In this document: positions 54,863 to 64,000 of the stretch, in pieces
Layout: each line of letters opens with the position of its first letter
How positions within the stretch are numbered: position 1 is the stretch's first letter
Origin: Octopus vulgaris
Lineage: Eukaryota
Length of the DNA: 64,000 bases
Reading direction: 5' to 3'
Assembly: GCA_951406725.2 (NCBI GenBank)
Contig: OX597835.1
Coordinates: 20,026,001-20,090,000 of the forward strand
The notes under the pieces: model-generated
Seen by the model: the letters and a program-made list of their open reading frames with translations, nothing else
Database searches by the model: none
Told to the model about the DNA's origin: nothing
Made by a program: the position numbers and the translations under genes

Positions 54863-55706
54863 TTAATTACATGGATGACGTATTTAATGCTCAGAATGAA
54901 AGGGACTGATTTATGTAGAGGAATAGATGAATTACATCTTACTCTCAATTTTCAGAAAGACTTGTATTTTTGAATGAAATGAAGTAAGGAACGGAATAAA
55001 GTTGACGGTAATGAAAATTCTCGGAAATATGTTTTTTTTGGAATATAATATATTTCTTCTCTATGATTATGCGTAGGCCATCATGGCAAAAAAATGAGAA
55101 TTTTGTGTTAGTCTTAAGATATGAAGTGTTGATATTTCCTTCATTATGTCCTCTCATTTATTAATACCTTGAGGAAATATAAATAATTTGGATGTCAAGT
55201 TTCTATTTTTTTTAAAATCAATAGCGCACATCGATTATTGCTGGAAAAAGTTTGCTCGTGAAAAATAAAATATTGGATTTTCTTAACCATTAACCCTTCC
55301 AACGTAACATTTGCGTCATCGATTTAGCTGACAGAAATAGCAACCATATTTCCCTATCCCTCAAATGACATAACACAGTGTTTAAAAAATAGGGCATGTT
55401 ATGGAATGTAGTTCTTTAACTATAGACTTCACAATCAATGGCTGAAAAGATTCCTATAATATGCTTGGAGGACGATAACTGATTATAGCTCTAAGCATCA
55501 ACAACACTCACTTATAAATATTGATTTCAATATTCGAAACTAAATGCACGCTTAGCGGTTGTTACTTCACGCGCTAAAATTTGCACACAAAATCCTCTAA
55601 AATCGTGCTTACCGTTTTCAAAATAAGGCGTAGATAATGGAAAACTCAGTTGATGATATAAACACCCAAGTGATTCTAATTACTTGTAAGAATTTGAGCA
55701 TTTATA

Positions 55707-55870
55707 GGCGCTGTCGTGGCTGTGTGGTAAGCAGCTGGCTTCCCTACTACATGGTCCTGGGTTCAGTCCCATTGCGTGGCAACTTAAGCAAGTGTCTTCT
55801 ACTATAGCCTAGAGCCGACCAACGCCTTATGTGTGGCTCTTTGGTAGATAGAAACTGAAAGAAGACCGTC

Positions 55871-55922
<52 letters not shown>

Positions 55923-56140
55923 CTATATATATATATTTGTGCGTGTGTTTTTGTGTGTCTGTATTTGTCCCCCCACCGTTGCTTTACAACCGATGTTGGT
56001 GTGTTTACGTCCCCGCAACTTAGCGGTTCGGTAAAAGACACCGATAGAATAAGTCCTAGTGTTGACTCTTTCGACTAAAGGCGGTGCTCCAAACATGACT
56101 GCAGTTAAATGACTGAAACAAGTTAAAGAATAAAAGAATA
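55707..56140 (+). mobile_element. SINE A, near full length
   Basis: Head-to-tail match with a small deletion. Confidence 0.88.
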
Positions 56141-58243
56141 TGTCTGCAAAATGAAGGCTGACCTGAGGTTAAACAAAAGCAGCAACAATAACAACAACAA
56201 CAACAGCATCATCAATAGCAAAATCGAATAAAATTTTTAAAAAAACATATATATTGGTTTATTGCTTCTTGGGCTGAGGAAATGGTAAGTTACAGCGTTA
56301 AAAGATATAGAAAGAAATTATTGATCTAAGTGAAGAACTGTGGCACAGTAATGTCAGCTTGCCAACAGCTTTTCTATTATTTTGCTTTAAAGCATTCGAT
56401 ATATTCTTCAAAATCAATATCCAATTATTTCTTTCTAGACCCAAATGACCTCCTATAGAAAGGGAAATGAAATTAGACAGTGGTTTTCAGTCTGTCCTGA
56501 ATACAATTAGCAACGAAAATGTACTGAGATGGGTTAGTAAAAAAAAAAAGGAGCAGAACCCTTTATCGTAGTATCGGTTAACTACCCCTTTACTCCTTGA
56601 TCTAGAACATTGCTTCCAGCCAAAAGAGAGGAAAAGAAAATTATATGTATGGCTTGAGCCAATGAAAGTCTCCTACATTGTTTGTTGACCTGCTACAATC
56701 AGCGTCTAAATATCTCCCAATAACACATTATCGACTTAATAATAAAGTACGTATACATTAGACATTGAAGCTATGCATTAATCACGTAAAAGTGGTGTTG
56801 ATTAAAAGGAAGGCCTTTCATTATATGCGTTTTCTCTTTATTCGTTCACCTGGGGGCCAAATGACAACAAAAAAAACAAACACAAATAAAGATATAATAA
56901 TTGATTTCGAGTTAGATATAGCAGCAAATTTTCTCTGAAGTATTACGATACTATTTTAAATAACTTAAAAATAAAAATAACAACAGATTATGAGATAAAA
57001 TTAATCGAAAAATTTGAAATGGATTGATGAACATGACTCTGATATCTTTAAGATTATATTTTCTGGGGTAGGTATAATAGCAACAAATATACAACAGCAA
57101 CAATCTACTGAACACCAATCAGCATATTTCGATTTCCGCTGAAATGAAGGCCAGATTATCTTAAACTAGGTTACTGTAAGCTTACCACACTAACGGGATT
57201 TGAAATCACAAGGCAGAGAGCTGACACAAAAATCGTAAGATATCTTCTTCAACATTATAATTGTCCCTTCAATCCACTAACTTGGAAATGTAATTTTTTA
57301 TCGACATCGAAGGAAGGAAAGATATTCAGTGATAAAGGTTAGCAATTGTGAGCAGGGTGACGAGGGCAAATTTCAAGTTCTTAACTGAAATAACAACGAC
57401 GTCGAAAACAACACGAAAATCAACAAAAAAAGAACAGCAGTGACAACAACACGAACACCTAAAACAAAATGGTAATAACAGATGAAAACTGAGAAAAGTG
57501 CTGATATCAGAGATGCGATATACGGGAGAGGAGAACTATAATCTATTTGTGAATAAAGTATAAGTGATTAGGACATGCTGAGACAACAGATATTAAATGA
57601 TTCATTGAGCAATTAGGAAGTCATAGTTTGTCTTTTAAAATGAGATGTTATCTTTTAAGATGAGATCAATACTGAACATAGTTTCGTGTGTGCTATATTG
57701 ATGGGGTTATATTTCATAATTTTTTAAAGTTTTTTGAAAATTTTAGGAATGTCTTTTACAGGCGAGATTATCTTAAGAATAATAATTGAAGAAGGGGTTG
57801 TTGAGCTCTGTCAATCAACGCAGCACTTATCCATACTAATCCTTCTAAAATGCTCTAGATGAGATTGTGTTCATAAATTTAAACTGAATTTGGTTTTATT
57901 AAGAATTGTGATTCAGAAAGAAACTGTAACCATGAACTTTAGAGCGCTTCCGATAATGGTGAGATTAACATGGATGATTTTGAAAACAACTTTAATTCGT
58001 TAGCAGCAGTCAATAACAATGGCATGGGTGGTTGAGTTAATTCAATAGTGTTGATGTTATTTGGAGAAAGGATTATGCCAAGGTGAATACAGATTAACTA
58101 TCTAGTTGGAGGACACAGTATGATGATGATATATCAATTTGCGCTTCTTGCACACACCATAACTATTCTGCTTATTGCAGTCATGTTTAACCCAAGGTAG
58201 TTCTTTATGATAATGTCCCACTACTATGATTTTGCTAAGTGTA

Positions 58244-58464
58244 CGAGGGTGGGCTGAAACATTTTTTTCGGCATTGGGTAAAAAAAAAATACAAAAGGAT
58301 CCGTTAATTATGATTTTATTCAACGTATTTCCGTCTCAGATTCACACACTTATTGCAGCGGTTTTTCGGTTTATCTGAGACCTGTAAAAGAACTCGAAAG
58401 TTTGGGTCCCAAACCAGGCCTTTCACAATAGCCTTAAAGCAAGGATAATTTCAGTATCCCCTCG
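58244..58464. mobile_element. Mariner-type MITE
   Basis: TA, CGAGGG.GG.CTGAAA ... TTTCAG.A.CCCCTCG, TA; second copy at 28693. Confidence 0.75.
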
Positions 58465-59969
58465 TATATCAGGATTAATGAGGAGGATTTTTGCATTGGA
58501 TTAGGCAACGTCTTTTTTTCTCTGAAGACAATGTCTGAATTCGGGGAGATCGTGATTACTTTCTTTTTTTCGAGCAAATATGAAATCATAGCTTCTGTTT
58601 TGTTGAAGTTTTTAAAGGTATATAATTTGTACATGTCGAAACAATGACGATTGTTGAAGAATTGAATGGTTGATTACTTGTTCGATTCTCATCTGAGGGT
58701 TTCGATGCCATTTTGATGAGATCACTCGACTCTCAATTTTCAATATTCTTTCGCATTTTCAAAGAAACTACAGAACATGATAGAAGACGGACTATCAGCG
58801 AAGTTTGTATGTCATTGAACGACTTGTTAGAAATCACAGGTATATCCTTGCCACTGCAGTTTCTACACTCTTTAAAAATTTTGTATACACTGCATAATAG
58901 AAACAGAGATATAAATTAACATATTTTTAACGAATATGATTATTGTTTAATACAACCATGACTGATGTGTCGAAATAAGAACACCATAAACAATAGTTAC
59001 AGCACAAGGTATTTCTCGCTGATATATATCTCGAACATTGCATGTAAATTCGAGTGTTCGTGCGCGTCATCTAAGTTGATATCCTCAACTTTTCGCAGAG
59101 GTAGCGCAAATTTTGCTTAAATTCACGGCGTTTCAAGACGAAGAACATCGAATGTGTGATTTTTTTCTATACTTCTATTAACATCAATAATGACTGGCAT
59201 TGATGCTAGTTGCATATACTGGAGGACATCGTCATCATACATATATAAATAAAATCTTATTGTTTATAAAATGCTGTTTTATCTCCGACTCTTGTAATTT
59301 ACCATATATTGTCAAAGATATGAAATATTCTAAGTGACTGTTAAACTTTCACGTCCAGAATGAAATCTGCCATGAAACAATTAATCTATCTAACATTATC
59401 GAGTAGTTCACACTCTTGAGAATTTTCAGTCAATTCTAATATACATTTATGTAACTGGGGCTTGATAAACGTATAGTGATCAGAATAAACCATTATTTAT
59501 TTTATATGGAACATCAATCAACAGATACGATTTGAACGAGACAGTCCAATTAACTGCTTCAGTTAGCAGTTTAGTCGTAAACTCATTATATTATGGAGAG
59601 AATAATATAGATAAAAAAAGGAAATACGGAAATAAATATACGGTATAAATGATGCATCGGGATTTGTAAAATGTCGGACAGTGAGTGACACATTAATAGT
59701 TGTATATTCACTGACAATAAAACGTAAAATACTGGTCTTTCATTTTGAATTTAATCTGGGCAAGAAGAGCAATGCAGCGATGTCAACCAGAACAAGATCA
59801 GCTTTGGCTCTCCTATAACGATGATATACACATTTCCCCAAGCAGAAATGATGTATGTTAACTACCAAACAAATTGTCAATATCTCCTTGATATTAGAAC
59901 CGCTGTGTGATTGCTCTCTATAGCCATACACATTTCGATACATACACACGCACACACACACACACACAC

Positions 59970-60017
<48 letters not shown>

Positions 60018-60879
60018 TATTTATCTCTATATGTATATGTATATATATATAGTTTATATATACATATATATACATCTAAATATATCTATACATATATATA
60101 TATAAATATATACGCATATACATATATATACATATATATAGATATATGTATAATATATATAAATGTATATATTATATATATGTATATATGTATAATATAT
60201 GTAAATGTATATATATATATATATATAGATAGATAGATAGATATATACATACCTCAGTGTGTGAGAAACTGAGGATGAGAAAGAGAATATATAGATTGAT
60301 ATGTAAATAGATAGATAGATAGACAGATGTATATATATATAGAGAGAAAGATAGATAGATAGATAGATAGATAGTAAGAAATACATTGTGAGAGAGATAA
60401 GTCGTCGTATATACGATCCGACCACCTCCATGAGTAACAAACATAGTCTTGATTTAACTTTTCGAATTCTCAGTAAGCAGGAGAATTAAGATATATCTCG
60501 AAATCTTTCGGTCTTATTAATGTTTAATGAGTGAAAGCATATGAATTTCTCCCAATAGATCAGTAGCTTATATGTACTTACAGATTTATTGTTGCAGATG
60601 ATGATCCTCGACTAATTTTTCTAACAGCACATGCCTTGACAATGTAGCATATGCATGAGTTGAGATCTAATAAGCCTTCTAGGGACAAGAACTCGTAATT
60701 ATTTCTATAATGGATGGCTATGAACAGTAGAAACTAAACCAAGAGGTGTTGTAAGCAATGTTTAATGTTCTAAGCGGAAAACTTAAATTATGCATTTTTA
60801 AAATGATATATATAACGTTATAGTTCGATGTTCTTTGGGAATGTTGCGTCGTGTGTCTGAAATTTACACTTTCTGAGTA

Positions 60880-61086
60880 TACTCTCTCTTTTACTTGTTT
60901 CAGTCATTTGACTGCGGCCATGCTGGAGCACCGCCTTTAGTCGATCAAATCGACCCCGGAACTTATTCTTTGTAAGTCCAGTACTTATTCTATGGGTCTC
61001 TTTTGCCGAACCGCTAAGTGGCGGGGACGTAGACACACCAGCATCGGTTGTCAAGCAATGCTAGGGGGACAAACACAGACACACAA

Positions 61087-61117
<31 letters not shown>

Positions 61118-61288
61118 CATATATACGACAGGCTTCTTTCAGTTTCCGTCTACCAAATCCACTCACAAGGCATTGGTCGGCCCGGGGCTATAGCAGAAGA
61201 CACTTGCCCAAGATGTCACGCAGTGGGACTGAACCCGCAACCATGTGGTTGGTTAGCAAGCTACTTACCACACAGCCACTCCTGCGCC
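60880..61288 (-). mobile_element. SINE A, full length
   Basis: Complete match to family A. Confidence 0.9.
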
Positions 61289-61448
61289 TTTAGTATAGTA
61301 TGTATCCGTATTGAAGTTTATGATAAACATTAGAAAAATATATTTCCCAACTGTATATACCTCACAGGGATTAATTCATTTATTTCCTTCCTTAATTGCG
61401 TCGAATGCAAACCGGTGTCATGTAGAAGAGAAAATAATTCACCATATA

Positions 61449-61814
61449 GGAGCACTCCGTCGGTTACGACGATGAGGGTCCCAGCTGATACGATCAACGG
61501 AACAGCTTGCTCGTGGAATTAACGTGCAAGTGGCTGAGCACTCCCCAGACACGTGTACCCTTAACGTAGTTCTCGAGGAGATTCAGCGTCACACAGAGTG
61601 TGACAAGGCCGGCCCTTTGAAATACAGGTACAAGAGAAACAGGAAGAAAGAGTGAGAGAAAGTTGTGGTGAAAGAGTACAGCAGGGTTCACCACCACCCC
61701 CTGCAGGAGCCTTGTGAAGCTTTAGGTGGTTTTGCTCAATAAACACTCACAATGCCCTGTCTGGGAATCGAAACCGCGAGTCCGCTGCCGTAACCACTGG
61801 GCCATTGTGCCTCC
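61449..61814 (-). mobile_element. SINE B with ...CGTCGTAACCGACGGAGTGC tail
   Basis: Head and body as family B; tail shared with 62944. Confidence 0.88.
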
Positions 61815-62248
61815 ACAATTCACCATGTCAAGCCAATGATTCTGAATGATTCAATATTGTTGAAATATTTTTCTCTCAGAAACTTCTCTCATTTTTATGA
61901 ATAAATGACGTATTATTCGTTATAAATCATGAAATATAAAACAATATACGTTATTTTCAAAGAGTTACACTTAATAGAGCATGCTCATATGCTTTTCACT
62001 GTGTAACTTTCATTTGCGAAATGTTATTAAGGTTAACTACATTTACGTCTTTCTTATCAGTTGTCCAGTTTAAGGTAATTTCTGGGCAATGAATCCTTAA
62101 TAATTGGAAAATATTTATTTGCTACCACAAAGCGATACATTTTTATCAAGCTTATAGAAGAACAATATACACACCCACATAAACGCACACATGCACGTAT
62201 ACGCGCGGACGCACACACATCCACATCTATCTATCCATCTATCTATCC

Positions 62249-62485
<237 letters not shown>

Positions 62486-62564
62486 TTGCTACCCAGGTAT
62501 CGGTTAAACGAATTAACCATGAAAAAATATTTCATTTTTATACTCAAATATATATATATATATA

Positions 62565-62768
62565 TAAAGTTAATCCAAACAAGAAAGCACAAGAAAACAC
62601 AACAACGCGAGGACGTGGAACAAATAAAGTATTATTGGACGCTCAGGAAAGAAGGAAGGGAGGAGGGTTTAACGTTTCGAGCGGAGCTCTTCGTCGGAAA
62701 CATAGGAGAAGTAAAGATCCAGAGAAGGGAAGACAGATGAAAAAAAATCGCCAACGGTACACACGAGC
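62565..62768 (-). mobile_element. Penelope-LTR-like cassette with hammerhead variant (62667-62701)
   Basis: Minus strand GTTT-CCGACGA-A-GAGC tcc GCTC-GAAA-CGTT-AAAC; a terminal fragment of the same family lies at 29160-29196. Confidence 0.6.
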
Positions 62769-62797
62769 TCACATTTTGAAAGCATATATATATGAAA

Positions 62798-62871
<74 letters not shown>

Positions 62872-62943
62872 ATATGTAATTTTGTATGTATGTGGGTGTA
62901 TATATATATATGTGTATATATGTATGTATGTATGTATGTATGT

Positions 62944-63218
62944 GGAGGCGCAATAGCCCAGTAGTTAGGGCAGCGGACTCGCGGTCGTAGGATCGCGGTT
63001 TCGATTCCCAGACCGGGCGTTGTGAGTGTTTATTGAGCGAAAACACCTAAAGCTCCACGAGGCTCACTCTGTGTCACGCTGAATATCCCCGAGAACTACC
63101 TTAAGGGTACACGTGTCTGGGGAGTGCTCAACCACTTACACGTTAATTTCACGAGCAGGCTGTTCCGTTGATCGGTACAACCGGAACCCCCGTCGTCGTA
63201 ACCGACGGAGTGCTTCCA
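62944..63218 (+). mobile_element. SINE B, internally deleted, inside (TATG)n
   Basis: tRNA-like head GGAGGCGCAATAGCCCAGTAGTTAGG...GGTTTCGATTCCC; lacks the middle segment present in 61449-61814. Confidence 0.88.
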
Positions 63219-63266
63219 CATGTATGTATGTATGTATGTATGTATGTATGTATGTATGTATGTATG

Positions 63267-63300
<34 letters not shown>

Positions 63301-63831
63301 CGTATGTATGTATGTATGCATTATGAGAGGTCTCTTTCAGTTTCGTCTACCATTATGTTTGTTCGGCATTGTATTAGGTTAGCAAGATAATATACATGAA
63401 AACCTTGTTTTGGATCTAATGTCACAGGTATAGAGATGTGTCATAATTTTTTGAATGTTTATAATCAGACACAGTTAGTTGTGTAGAGTATTCAGTATTC
63501 TAAGATGTGAACTAAATACTGGTGTCTATGATTTTTGATAACCATATCTCTTCCCGCATTTAACAATGCTTGTGTTTTCACAGTGAGAGAAGATCTTCTA
63601 GAAGAATCCCAGTGTTATTTCGAAATGTTTAAATAATGATCGAGTTGGTAATTTCATTTTCTTTCCAGATTTATCAAAACGACTTTTCCTGTCTTGGAAG
63701 CCAAAGAATTTATCACTGTTGTGATACCGAACTGGGTATGAGAGAAGAATTAATAATGGCATGCTTATGGTGGAATTTGTGCAAATGCATAACATGCATT
63801 ATTACATTTCTTGGAACTACGTCTAGATATG

Positions 63832-63904
<73 letters not shown>

Positions 63905-64000
63905 TTGTATGTGTGTGTATATATAATTATATATATATATATATATAATTATATATATATATATATACATAGAGAGAAACAGAGGGAGATACACATAAAT

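Noticed and set aside
56200-59900. Long non-repetitive AT-rich stretch
   Set aside because: Apart from the MITE at 58244, I saw no coding or structural signal.
62944-63018. Possible tRNA gene
   Set aside because: It is the tRNA-derived head of SINE B and runs on into the SINE body in several diverged copies.

Overview
AT-rich, microsatellite-dense animal DNA. The repeat content looks like octopus, but that is inferred and unverified. I could not identify any intact host protein-coding gene, and most ORFs in the track are translations of (TA)n, (CA)n or (GAA)n tracts. The window is a patchwork of mobile-element remains: three abundant tRNA-headed SINE families (labelled A, B and C here) plus a fourth recombinant type, a decayed Tigger/pogo transposase, mariner fragments and MITEs, two CR1-type LINE 3' ends, R4/Dong-like remnants, a decayed Penelope-like RT and a tandem pair of non-autonomous Helitrons. 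The most notable observations are five. (1) Several short Penelope-LTR-like cassettes carry type I minimal hammerhead ribozyme folds; the one at 15390-15475 has a fully canonical core. (2) An 11-unit, 84-bp array of SINE Pol III heads sits inside a single 16-bp TSD (26772-27871). (3) One SINE head-plus-body is joined to four different tails, and one of those tails is shared with another SINE. (4) Fold-back inverted duplications recur at (TA)n tracts. (5) Two Cys-rich minus-strand frames could be exons.
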